Positions 11,963-24,965 of a DNA stretch of 64,000 nt are shown here, one piece after another (the stretch's first letter is position 1; each line of letters opens with the position of its first letter). The notes beneath the pieces are model-generated. The model did not search any database, was not told the DNA's origin, and saw only the letters and a program-made list of their open reading frames with translations. Source of the stretch: Azolla caroliniana (taxonomy: Eukaryota; Plantae; Polypodiophyta); contig JBHGNT010000006.1 in NCBI GenBank assembly GCA_043228905.1, positions 1,116,001 through 1,180,000 of the forward strand. The letters run 5' to 3'. Position numbers and translations under genes: made by a program.

Positions 11963-14900
11963 AGAGCGAGCGAGCTCGACCTTGTCGTTCTTCTGTCATC
12001 GATTGATTGATGGATAGTCAGTCGGCTGTCTTCTTATCGGGTGCACATTTTATTGAACCTTTTCCACTCCTCTTAATTTCCTTTTAATTCTCCTCCCATC
12101 TTTACCCATCTCTCTTCTCTGATCTTTTCCTCTGCGTGTGCAAGCGGTCTGTTCCTATTCCTCTTTTCCGTTTTAAGTTTTCTTTTTCGTTTCTCTTCTA
12201 AAGCTGTTTCCATTTCGGTGTGTCTGTTTCGGCTTTCTGTTTTGTCTTTCTATTCATGTTTCTGTTGAATCGGTTTCTTTTAAATTTTGGGTTTACTTTA
12301 CTTTTACATATTCACATAGCATGATTCCGCAACCAAGATATGAGAGAGATTCTAGGCATTCCCTCTCATATCATAGTAATGAAAAAAAGGTTGTTTGGAT
12401 TTACTGCTTGTTGAAACATCGTATTATCTGTTGCATACGAATCACGGAGAGGCCATGGACATGGTGCTCGTGATGGTAAAGGAAACTGCAAAATGTTTTG
12501 CAGGAAATTAGTCTTAGATATTTTGGCAAAGCAGAACAAAAAATGCCTAGTAAGTTTACGGTTTGGAAGAAGACTGTGGAAAATAAAGCAGCAAAAAGTG
12601 TTCCCACATGTTTTGGGCTGATCATTCTTTCTTCCTATTCTTGTGCTCTTCTCTCATGAAGCCATTTCGCAGATATCATAAATGCACCATGACTAATTGC
12701 AGGAACCGTTTAAGAACAAAAAAGCTATACATATTTGCATTTTAGACGAAGTTGTGGCCAGGATATAAAATAGTAATGAAGTTACTCGAACCAATAGAAC
12801 ACTATTGTTTCATCTATCAAATGAATGTGGATCTATTGGTTGATTTACTCCACATACTCAAAAGATCTAGTCTTACTTACGGTTCCATCCAACTGTCAAT
12901 AACTTTGCAGCTTTTCATTATTATGGAAGAGCAAGGGCTCTTAGATGAGGATTGGTATCATGTGATCTTACACATTACAATAGTCAATTTGTCTGTGTCA
13001 AGTTGCATCCAGGCCTCATTTGACATGATAGAAATACTTGTACCAAGTGGTGGTGCTCACAACAGGATGGTGTGGTAAACGAGGATACCATTCGAGGATT
13101 TATCTTAATGTGATATTCAAATAATCGTTGCTCCCATTGATCCCTTAAAACTAGAGGAGGAATATCCTTCAAGAAATTGTTTATGACTTCTGTTGTCCTG
13201 GCTCAGGAGAAGGGGAATCACAAGTCAGGAATTGACATCTAGGTTCCATGTGATGAAACTGGTAAACAAACCACTGGGTCCTGAATAATGTATTAGACAC
13301 CGAGATATCATGCAACACTTATTTCTGGTATTGCATTACTTAAACCTTAACCTCTCAAAAAAGGTGAACAATTAGGATATACTTGATTGGAAATTGGAGA
13401 GTACCTACAGATTGAGGCAATATGTCCCGTCCTAGTATTCCAGAAACCATTTGAATACAATCAGGGTAAAAGTTAGGAACCTCGTGGATTTACCAAATAT
13501 AAGTGTTTGTGTCATTTTATTGAGTAGAAAACCGTAGCATTATAGATTATTTTTAAAAATTTCCAAAAAATTAGTTTTTCTTATAGGATATTGTTTGTGA
13601 TTCCATATTTTGCTTTGTAAAATTTGTGAATCTTTTCAAAATTATGATCGTTAAAGTATAACCATAAAACTCCCAAAATCTGTGGAAACCAAGCTATTTG
13701 GCAATAAATAATTTCCAGATTGTTTCCTTGGATACAATACTTTTGTAACCCCAAGGACTGGCGTCCTTTCATACATTACCAAAATCAGGTGAGCACATGA
13801 TTAATAACAGTATACAATATTATTGGTCTTTTATTCTAAAGTTCGATTAGTGCCAAATAGGCAAGGATTGACTAGTTCAGAGAATGAATTAACATTGATG
13901 ACTGGTGCCTTATTGGGTGCAAAGCATTTATGTCTCCAATGCTATGGACAAACATCATCTTTCATGTCCAATCATAAAGGAGATATGATGGTTCAGTGCA
14001 TTTGAAAGAGCTGCTTCATAGATGTGTGACCAAATGTCATATCTAGTACTTTGTATTGACGAACTAGTATCTACTGTACTGTATAATATGCTGCAACCCA
14101 TTTACCAACAAAGGGAAAGACGAAAGAGAAGTTATTTCTGATGATGAGATTTTGTATCTAGGGTGTTACATACCATGTTGCATCTTATTCACTAAAACCC
14201 ATAGAACAAGAGAACCGAAACAGAGATTTCATCTGGTCTTCATGATGCAAATTTATATGTAATGTGTCCTATAACATGTGGCAGTTCCTTTTCAGAAAAA
14301 AAAACTCGTCAAAGAGAGAATTCTTGTGATGTCTTGATGATGGAATCATGTATCTGGTATGTTGTATAATAATATGCTGCAGCTTATTTTTAAAGATAGT
14401 TTCTACGGCATGTCAGCCTCCTCTCAGTTGTTTCAATTCTTTTCTTTGCATTGACGACATAGTTCCAACAGTTTGCATGACTTTTGATATGTGAGAATGA
14501 TAGTATCCGTATGATCCACTGAACTTCCACCCTGCTATAGGTTTAATCCACAATCTTGGAAATGCAATACTAAGTTTTTAACAGAACTCTTTTGATATGG
14601 TGGCTCTCTCTATTCCAGATAAGGTGATATTCATCTAACATTGCTTCTAGCACATGTGCAGTCTTCAATGTCTTGATGTGCCCAACTTTATCCATTTTGG
14701 CGCCTTTACTTGGAAGCTTTGTGTTTGTTCCTTCAGCGAAACAACCATTTACATCCTCATCTATATACAAAGCATAAATCCCCTTCATAAGGAAAAACAT
14801 CTCAAAACAAAAGAGAAATTTATATGGGTCTGTGGAACAATGTCCATTCGTCAGGGTTTTCAGTTTAATGCATTTGGACACAATGCTGATAAGCTTAATA

Positions 14901-16334
14901 CTCCTGGTGATATAATGGAATTCAACATTACTTATGGTTTTATACACTTTTTGTTCATTGATATTTTATTCATTCTACCCATGCATTGATGTTGGCTATA
15001 CGTCTTGTACAATGGACAATTACAAAAGCTGTGAATTTTAAGCAAACATGTTTTTGCATTGAGCCTCATTAATTGCTAGTTAAAGGTCAACCCATTTACC
15101 CCTCTACCAAGGAAAACAAAGGGGTAGGTAGGTCCTTAGATGCATGAACCACCTAACATAGAGTGGAAGAACATCCCCAACATCTAGATTTAACTAAACT
15201 AGTTATTCTTTGGGGATGAAAACTAAGGAGAACTCGAAATTGAGCAAGATCATTCTATCTTATATAAGGCTCACCTTAGACATATTGACAAGATAGGAAT
15301 ATTATTGGGGGAACAATTTATTTATTTATTTATTTATTTTTGTGGGGGGGGGTTGTGGGACGGGGCGGGGCGGGGTTCAAATTTTTGTTGGAGCTATAAT
15401 TTTGGCCAAAGAGAAGATGGCGCGGTGTCGGGACTTAGAATCAATCTTAGGAAGATTTTTCAATTTCTCATAGTTTTTTAGATGGGTACTCACGCATCCA
15501 ATCATGTGTCATTTTTTGGCTCAGTCAATACTTGAAACAAATCCTATGATATATTTTGAAAAGGTGAACATGTGGATTCTGGAATCTTTGTCTTTGAACT
15601 CCACATGAAGAAAGGCACGATTAACTAACCAACAAACGAGTAGCAGAAAAGACGTGTACAAGGAAACAACATTGTTCTTGGGAAACATTTGGATGTTGGT
15701 TAACAAATAGAAAATGGGAGTTTCTCATGTGGTTACATTAGTTCACCTTGTACCAAATTCCATGAGATACAAAATGAGAAAGTTGCAAAGTAGTACAAGG
15801 ACTACACCTTCATTGTAATAACATCACCATCCATCTTGAATTTGTGAGGTAAAGATAAGCAAATTAATCATGTGATCGTGACTCATGAGTAATGGATTGC
15901 TTATGAAAGATCATGACTTCAATTTTTCATTGCTCTTAATTATGCTTGTTAATGCATTTGTGGTTCAAGATGAGATATATCTAGTGTGAATCGTGATGTT
16001 GTAAACTAGCAAATCTAATTAAAATTTATTATTATTTAGTTTCTTTTAGTGACCAACCTTATGAGAATTCAAAAGTTTGAAATTTAAATGGAACAAACTC
16101 AATATCACAACTTACAAGACATTTTAGTGATTTAATCTAATGGTGACAATAATGGCAATAAAGTGGGAGCCGTGTTGATGAAAGTGGATATCTCCAACGA
16201 TGCAATGAAAATGCCATTAGAGATCATGATTGTGATCTATCAAGGCGGAACGTTACTCTAACTTGTAAAGTTCAAGAAGTCATAACCAAGAGATTGATTT
16301 ACAAGAATATGGTCTTCATATATACGTGTCTTTG

Positions 16335-16536
16335 AGCTACCAAAGGATGAACTTAATAATCTACTTTATTGGTTATTGAGCTGCCCTTTATGCTATGTTG
16401 ACCGCTTCTTAACTTATGGAATGGCCACCAAGACTAGCTACCAAAGGATGAACTTAATAATCTACTTTATTGGCTATTCAGCTGCCCTGTATGCTACATT
16501 GACCACTTCTTAGCTTATGGAATGGCCACCAAGACT
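16335..16536 (+). repeat. Tandem duplication, 2 x 101 bp
   Basis: AGCTACCAAAGGATGAACTTAATAATC...GGCCACCAAGACT starts at 16335 and 16436. Confidence 0.9.
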
Positions 16537-19173
16537 TTCTGCATGTTTTTGAAGAGCAAATCAGTTTCTTAGGTGGAAATGTCATCTTATTGCTTTTAAA
16601 ATGTGAATGATAAATTTACAATAAATTTTATTTTTGGTCAGCCATGAATTCATTATCATTCCTTCATATTTTGTATCATTATTTCTAGTAAATCTACACT
16701 ATTCTTATCAAAAGGGTCGGAATATATTATTCCCCATCAATTCCATAACCATTTGAGTATTGTGTTGACAATATATATATTAGACAATTGTAGCAATAAT
16801 GCATTTATAACAAGACATCGACACTTGGAGTACATGTGCACATTAAAATAATAAAACTTCCAATGACATGAAATTTCTTGTGATAGGTAAAACATCAATA
16901 TTTCTTCAATATATCATTTGATATCCTTACTCCCATATGAATTACCACGTTTTAAGAAAACATGATTAATATTATCTAGAGCATGGTATCTTGACAAGTT
17001 TAAAACCTTTTCATATTGACCAATATACATATGAAAATTTGGCTTACAACCCAATGTTGGTGGAATATTGTTGTCGATACAAAAAGACTTTGAATTTTTG
17101 CACTTGTGAAGGCTTTATAAGAGGCAAACATGGGGCTTTATATTTTACAAACCCTAAAACTAGAACTTTGCCAACAATACCAAGTTATTTACTCATATAT
17201 AATATATTACCAAATGGAGACTCTTAATCGCATTGTTAGCTCATGAAGCAAAATCTAAATCATGTAAACAACTTGGCGCATCTTAGAACAAATGTCGTAG
17301 GAAGGCAATTGCTTAACACCCGCTATAGAATGAAGAGAATGTGTTGTCTTGGTTTTATTAAAGGCTTTGTCTAATTAGTAAAAACTGTTGCTAAATATCT
17401 AAAGTTCAACAAAGAGTCTAATTCCTAAGAATAAAAATATTTCAGCTTAACTAAAAACAATGTGAAATATGTGCACTTCCATGCTCTTGGCACAAATTGA
17501 GTAAGAGGAAACTCTAGTGAACCATCTGCAAATTACAATTGTGTTTCAAATTGAAGAAAACAAGAAAGGAAACAAGACTATTTTTCGCAATTGATGCCAG
17601 ATGGTGTATAAAGGATATTGGTTTTTACATTTGGGCGAACACATTTTAAACTTACTTTAGGCCATAAATGCACCGTCTTGTTTGTGATTTGTAGTTGTTG
17701 TATGCTATCATCTCACACGAAGGTTCTCATTGGTAACATAAGTTAGTAATTACAAAATCTGTTGTCTTTAATGGAACCACCCAAATTATGGTCTCATGTG
17801 AATGTCTGTAAAATTTGAGTGGCAAAAAATGAGAATCGAGGATATTGATCTATGAATTCCTACTTTGGTATATGATAGGAAGAATATTAATAATGCGGTG
17901 ACTATTAGTTTCAAATAAATGAAATTATCATTTTTTTTGGAAAAAAAGTATCCTTCGATAATCGATTGGTGAAACTAAGATATTATTGAAGAGAGACCTT
18001 GGATCAATGAAACTAAGGTATTTCTCAAGAGAGTTATTGGAATTTATTGAGAGAGATTGAATACTAAATTTCATGAGATGGGTTAATCTTTATACTTTCC
18101 CAAAATTTACCTTTGTTTTCGAGGAAGCATGAAACCGCCCTCCCATGGGAATGTCTATAAAAGTTGAGGACGTGCGTGAAAAAGCAAGGGGACGTATTCC
18201 TTCTTTATGCAATTCTATAAGCAAGACAAGCCACTCTTGGAATTACGGGGGGCGTCAACCCAAAACCGTCAACGATTGTTTGTAAAGCTCGATGAAATTT
18301 GGATAAGCACAACGACACGATGGGTACTGCATCCAACATATAGACGTGTGCAGTCATTCGTGTATTAGGCTTATTTAGCTCAATTTTGCCCGTTCTTTCG
18401 GGGAACCATGTTCCCTAGTAGCAAGGGTCGTATGAATTTCTTTTTATTTTCAACCCGAATTTGTGTATGGGAAGGCATGTTTCTCACCGCTAAGGCTGCC
18501 GCACGGTTTGCGTGGGGGGGGGGGGGGGGGTTGGAGAGCCATCAATCGCGTGTGGGAACACACTCGATGAGAGAGAGTGTGTGTGTGTGTGTGTGAAGGC
18601 ATAGTGGAGCGAGTGGATAAGGTTGGGGTTGTCCGGGCGGACAAGTGTGAAAGTGGAATGGTCACGTGAAACACCCTCGTTGACGAAGACCTATTAAGGA
18701 AACGGATGAGGCGGGCGAAGTTTGAAAGGGAAGGGGGGTGGGAGGAGGCCAATGGGAAGCGGACACGTGGGCGGGGGACGCCAACGAGGGCCGTTTCAAA
18801 AGTCACAACAAAATCACAAGGCGGACAGAATAAAATTGAGAAAGAAAGAGAGATACTTCCACGTTTCCCATTACCCTTCTTCTTCTTCTTCTTCCTCCTC
18901 CCCTGTTCCCCCCTCCTCCTCTGTTTCTTAATCCTTCCAATTAAGGTCAGAGCTCCTTCCTAATCACCCTTCACTTATTAACACCTTCCTAATAACCTTC
19001 AAATTCTACACACTCCCCTTAATCCTCACACTTTATAAACTCCTTCACACACACACACACACACACACTCCTAGAGAGAGTGAGAGAGAGAGAAATATAT
19101 ACATATTATACACCACACACTCCTTCAATTTTGTGCCAATCTATCTATCTATATAGAGACAGAGATAGAGAGA

Positions 19174-21782
19174 ATGCCCCCCCTTCCTGACAACACTTCC
19201 TCAATTGCTGCACCTTTGTCACCTGACGTGGATTTCTCCTTCCCCATGGATATCCCAAGCCATGCCCCTGGAATTGCCTCCAAATTAGAGAAAGCACTGA
19301 GTAGATCCAAGTCGAGGAGTATAGCCGTTTCTCGAATAAACTCTAGAGCATTTACTTCGGACTACCTCGAAGCGCTTCACATCGACACCCCTCCTTTTGT
19401 GAGAACCCCCAGTGTCAAATCTATAGCTTCCCTACTGGATCAGGAAGAAACGACTCCAAGATCGCCGTCTTCCGATATCTTTACCTCACAGGTTCCATTT
19501 GAACCCAACCCGACCTTTTTCGATGCATGGGATTGCCTTCGCAAGTCGATCGTGACATTCGCTGGTGAGCCGGTCGGCACAATTGCTGCCTTAGATCCTT
19601 CAGAAGAAACCCTCAACTACAACCAGGTATCTCATTGTCGGAACTCGGACATCCCGTTAGAATGAGCTTCTGCAGGCAAGGTGGAGCACACCTAGCTCGG
19701 TGTGATTGGGAGTACTGATGGGTTGTTGGCCCCCCTCCTACCACATCTATTCGAGGTGTGTGGAACCTCCCATGCCGAAGCTCGAAATGTTAAACACTGT
19801 ACTGAAACATGGAGTGAATTGGGCTCCTTTCCATGGGAAATGCTAGGGCTCTTCCACATGTGGGCAAAGGGCATTATGAGCAAATGCCTATATGACTTTA
19901 ATGAAAATCATGCTAGGGCCCTTTGAAAGTTCTTCTTCTCTTAGAATTCACATACTGTGGTTCAAACATGTGTAGGGAGGGAGAGTAGAGGATTTCCCAC
20001 ATGTGAAAATTTTTAAGACTTCCTGTCAATATGTATATCCATGGGCAAATTACTTGCCTTTCCATCTTCTATATATAATCGCCTTCCTTGTTTTTGCAGG
20101 TTTTCGTACGTGATTTCGTTCCGAGCGCACTAGCGTTCCTCATGAACAATGAGACAGAGATTGTGAAGAACTTCTTATTGAAGGCGATCCGGCTTCAATC
20201 GAATTGGGAAAAGACAATTGACAATTTCACCCTCGGCAAAGGTGCAATGCCGGCCAGTTTCAAGGTGCACATCGATCCTCTACGCAACCAGGAAAAGATA
20301 ACTGCTGATTTCGGAGAGAGCGCAATCGGAAGGGTGGCTCCGGTGGATTCCGGATTCTGGTGGATAATTCTTTTACGAGCTTATTGCAAGTGTGTTGGGG
20401 ATTCCACTCTCGCGGAACGTCCCGATTGTCAGCAAGGCATGGGGCTCATCTTGAATCTCTGCCTTGCCGAAGGCTTCGATACATTCCCGACACTCCTTTG
20501 TGCTGACGGATGCTCCATGGTGGATCGGAGAATGGTGAGTTATTAACATGTTACATAACATACAAAGTATGTTGTTGTGGAAGGTTCGGTATGAATACAA
20601 ATCTCACATGGGTGACTTTTTACTTTATAAAATCATTGAAGGCCAACTAATTAGTTGTTGACATTGTATTCAATATATATACATATATATACAAACGTGT
20701 GGTACTTGTGCATCCACATTAAAATGAGACACAAGATTGGTCATCGCCATTACTAAACTCCTTTTGGCCATCGAATTCTTCTCCCAGGGCATTTATGGCT
20801 ATCCAATTGACATTCAATCTCTCTTTTATATGGCACTCAAATGCGCGAGATCGATGCTTAAACAAGACACTACTACGAAGGAGCTCATCGAAAGAATCGA
20901 TAAACGGCTACGAGCTTTAAGCTACCACATGCGATCATATTATTGGCTCGATTTCGAGCAACTCAATAAGGTGTACCGTTATAAGACGGAAGAGTACTCG
21001 CATACGGCTGTCAACAAGTTCAATGTCATTCCTGACTCCATCCCTGATTGGGTGTTCGACTTTGTCCCTACGAAAGGAGGTTATTTCATCGGGAACGTGA
21101 GCCCAGCAAGGATGGATTTCCGATGGTTTTGTTTGGGTAATTGCGTTGCGATCTTGTCATCGCTCGCAACCCCATCCCAAGAGGAAGGGATCATGGATTT
21201 ATTCGAGGAGCGATGGGAAGAGCTCATCGGAGAACTACCTCTTAAGATAACATATCCGGCATTGGAGAATCATGAATGGAGGATAGAAACAGGTTGTGAT
21301 CCCAAAAATACACGATGGAGCTACCACAATGGTGGTTCATGGCCAGGTAGATTTTGGTGATCTATCTAGTTTTCATGTCTCAAGATGTTCCTTTAGTCTA
21401 GAGTGTACATTTTGTATATTATAAAGTTCTATATTGCGGTGGTCAAGTGTAACCCATCTATTTATTGGTCCTTCTCTTTGCAGTGCTCGTATGGTTGTTC
21501 ACAGCTGCATGTATCAAAGCAGGTAGGCCTCACATGGCAGAGAAAGCTATTAAACTACTTGAAACTAGGCTCTCCAAGGATAGTTGGCCCGAGTATTATG
21601 ATGGGAAACTTGGCCGGTATATCGGAAAGCAAGCTCGAAAGTACCAAACGTGGTCGATAGCGGGATATTTGGTGGCCAAGATGATGTTGGAAGACCCATC
21701 TAATTTGGGTCTCATCACATTAGACGGAGACGCAAAGAAGGCCAACAATGGCATGCCAAGATCGGCCTCATGGACCGTATGA
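19174..21782 (+). CDS. CINV: Cytosolic alkaline/neutral invertase (GH100), ~581 aa; exons 19174-19626, 20100-20534, 20788-21346, 21484-21782
   Basis: Motifs include PVGTIAA.D..LNYNQ|[66 protein letters not shown] and [12 protein letters not shown] introns join in frame (1746 nt). The four-exon layout and lack of an obvious transit peptide match the cytosolic group. Confidence 0.95.
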
Positions 21783-22101
21783 AAGCGTTCCGATATATGT
21801 GTTGTGTATATTACATTATACATGGGGCTACCACCATTCATTATTCAGTTTTCTTTACATGTATTGATCAAATCCCATGCCCCCAACACATTTCTAAAGA
21901 GGGGCAACAAAATCCAAATCTATTGTTTCATAAATGTCACATTCCTCTTTTTACTTTTGAGAAACGTTGTCCCATTTGACTTGTATCCATAGAAACCCAA
22001 TCAATCCAAATCTAGATTTCTTTATGGTGTGGGGCAAACATTAGGTCCCATCAATGTTATTAGAAATAGTCTTTATGATAGACAATCATTGACCACGACA
22101 C

Positions 22102-22188
<87 letters not shown>

Positions 22189-23927
22189 TTGAGTCTTGAG
22201 TCTTGACCTCTATATTTTGCGCTTTTTGCATATCAAAGGTCACGCTAGCCACAATATCTAGATGTCCTTATGGTATACAATTTTATGACTAAGCCAAATT
22301 GAACATTGTCACATGTTCAATTTGGCTTATTGTCATTTGTTGCGACTTAAATTTTTTGTCGAGTGTTTTGTTCATGTAAATCCTCTATATCGCACATGTT
22401 CGAGGTCCACTTGATGAAGGGATAGTTAATTGTAAACTTCCATGAAATAAATATGCATTTAGAAAGGATGATACATTAATCAATATGTCACTATACCCGT
22501 CTCTTGTATATGTAACCAAACTCATATGTATATATTCATACAAACATATATTTATAGTCTTCACATAGGAATATTGAAACCAACATCTTGGCCATTCAAG
22601 GCCAAGTATACCTTGATATTGTCACAACTTTGCATGAAGGCAATGGATAATTGTTGTGGTGTATCAGATTCCCATTTGTGTATCCTTATCTAGATTTATG
22701 AATAAGTTTGCATTAAAATTTAGATTTTGAAAAATAAGTGAACTTCAAGATTACATATACATAATCATAATTATGCGCAAATTTATCAAGACGACCTAGG
22801 GGAAGAAATTGTAGGATTTATAATCCATAAATTGTCTCTTAGAGGAAATAATAAATTTTGAGCTCTAACATTTATAACTATTGAAGACTACAATATTTTC
22901 AAAGGAGTTTTAATCGTGATTAAGCAATTCTATAATTTCTCATACCTATATGAACCATTTTACAAACTAACACTTGTAATATGAAAGCTTCTCTCTCTTA
23001 CCCATTGATTTGAACAAATCGTTGATTAAATACCCCAATTTGTGTGATTATGTGGATTAATTTATTATTTTAAGTGTTTCATAAGCCTTCTACCCTACTT
23101 TCAATATGTTGATATGCCGTAGTAGATTCCCTTGCACAAATATTCCTCTTGCAATGGTCTTTTGATTGCACCTAAAAACTTGTATTGGAACATATGAAAA
23201 AAAATACCTATGACATACCCACATGCTCAACTAGTATTTGTTATTCTTCCAAATAAAGTTAACTTTACTAATGCTAACCAAATTTAAGAGACATTTTAGA
23301 AGCCAAACACTTGTTATCATACATTTTACAAGCAAGACTCCTCTTCATTGCATAATCCTTCACTACATTCTTTGTTCTTTGAAATTTAGCAATGGCTTAT
23401 ATTTGATACCACAAAAGAAAGATTAATGAAGATATTAGTCTTTAGTTAAGAGGGGGATTATCAATAACCATGTGTATCAAGAAGATATTAAAGATGGGGT
23501 TGGAATAGAATAAATGATAGTTCTAATGACAAACAACAAGATGAGCGTTAATTACATGCATTGAAGTGTGCAGTTTATTTGTTAAGCGAAGAATTTGGTT
23601 TTGTAGTAAATGCAACTTATGTCGTATATTGTATGAAGCATGAGCCTCCTTAATTTCCCCATGTCTTGATACACTGGTATTGGAAAAAATGCGCCATTCA
23701 CAAAGGAATCTATCGATGCATCATGAAGCAAGTACATCTCATCTTCCAAACCATTTTTCCATATGTTGCATCAAATGGGAACATAAAACTTTTGGTTTTA
23801 TGTGTCTTTTGGATCTCTTCCCTTGTTTCCCATGTAGTTCTAGAAGGTCAAGTAAGGGACTTTTTTGAAACATAAGCATACAGTGGTGTTGCTCGTGGGT
23901 TGTAATATTACTCACACATGAGCCCAA

Positions 23928-24021
23928 ATGGATTTAGCTCAGTTGGTAAGGTTGATTCATGTATGTATACCAGAAGGTCATGTTCAATCCTTACATTTAA
24001 TGGTGGCACCTAAAAAAAAAA
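23928..24021 (+). pseudogene. Degenerate tRNA-derived sequence or SINE-like fragment
   Basis: A-box TAGCTCAGTTGG (23935-23946), B-box-like TGTTCAATCC (23981-23990) and an A10 tail at 24012-24021; no intact cloverleaf. Confidence 0.5.
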
Positions 24022-24965
24022 GAGGTACAATAGTTGAAACTTGAACCAAGACCTTGAAGTTTGTAGTGTACAGAAAAGTGAAAGAGATAGATACTTAATG
24101 GAACTATTTCACTTTAAATTCCATTTTGTTGATGTCTTTAACATTTGGTTTCCTCATGACATGAAGTGCTATCATGTTATTTTAGACAAGCACCATAATC
24201 TAGTAGAGAGCATTGTAATTCTTTGCAAAAATACTTACTTGTGTCCCCTAGATTATTATTTTGGCTCAGAAAGAGTTATTGAACTCTAGGTTTAATTGTT
24301 TGTTTTATTTAGGAGTCAATTAAGAGGTGGGAGATGTCGTTGACACTCAATCTCAAAGAATTTTTGAGTTTGTTGAAACATAATAACTATTAAGCATCCG
24401 CCTATTTATGGGTTAAGTTGGCAATACATAAAGAATATGACATTAATGTAAGGTCCTTTACCTGTACAAACTGAAGGGTAACCATGGGTTGATTTGTGTT
24501 TATGGGGGGTATATGTCAGGAATAGCACTAAAATAGAGATGGAATTAGTATTAAGAACAACAGTACTATTAGTACTAAGATGACGGGATTGCGTAAGATT
24601 CCCGAGAGAGGAAGTGAGAAGAGGAGAGAGAGAGAGATAGCGAGAATGAGAGAGAGAGAGAGAGATGATGACAGCAGCTATATATTATGTGAAAAGATAA
24701 GTACAAGCGGCTAAGAGGCTTAAGACTGGCGTTGAACCAATTTGGTTCAAAACAATGCCTTGTGCCTCCTTTTATAGTGTTTTTAGGAATAATCCTGAAG
24801 CTTCTAGAATGCTCCAGAAAGATCTGGAATATACATCAATTTTCTATGATAAAGTATAAATGAAAATAGTATCCTACAAAATACAATTCATAATCTAATG
24901 GTAAGAGCTCGACCCATGTAGCATAAAGTCATGGGTTCGAGTCTTGCCATGACACTATCTCCCCC

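Noticed and set aside
12400-15000. Possible hAT-like transposase remnants (e.g. WPGYKIVMKLLEPI)
   Set aside because: Only faint motif resemblance, with no termini or continuous frame; not supportable without an HMM search.
24891-24954. LTR module as a functional tRNA-Met (CAT near the anticodon position)
   Set aside because: Acceptor, anticodon and T stems do not pair properly; only the promoter boxes and their spacing are tRNA-like.
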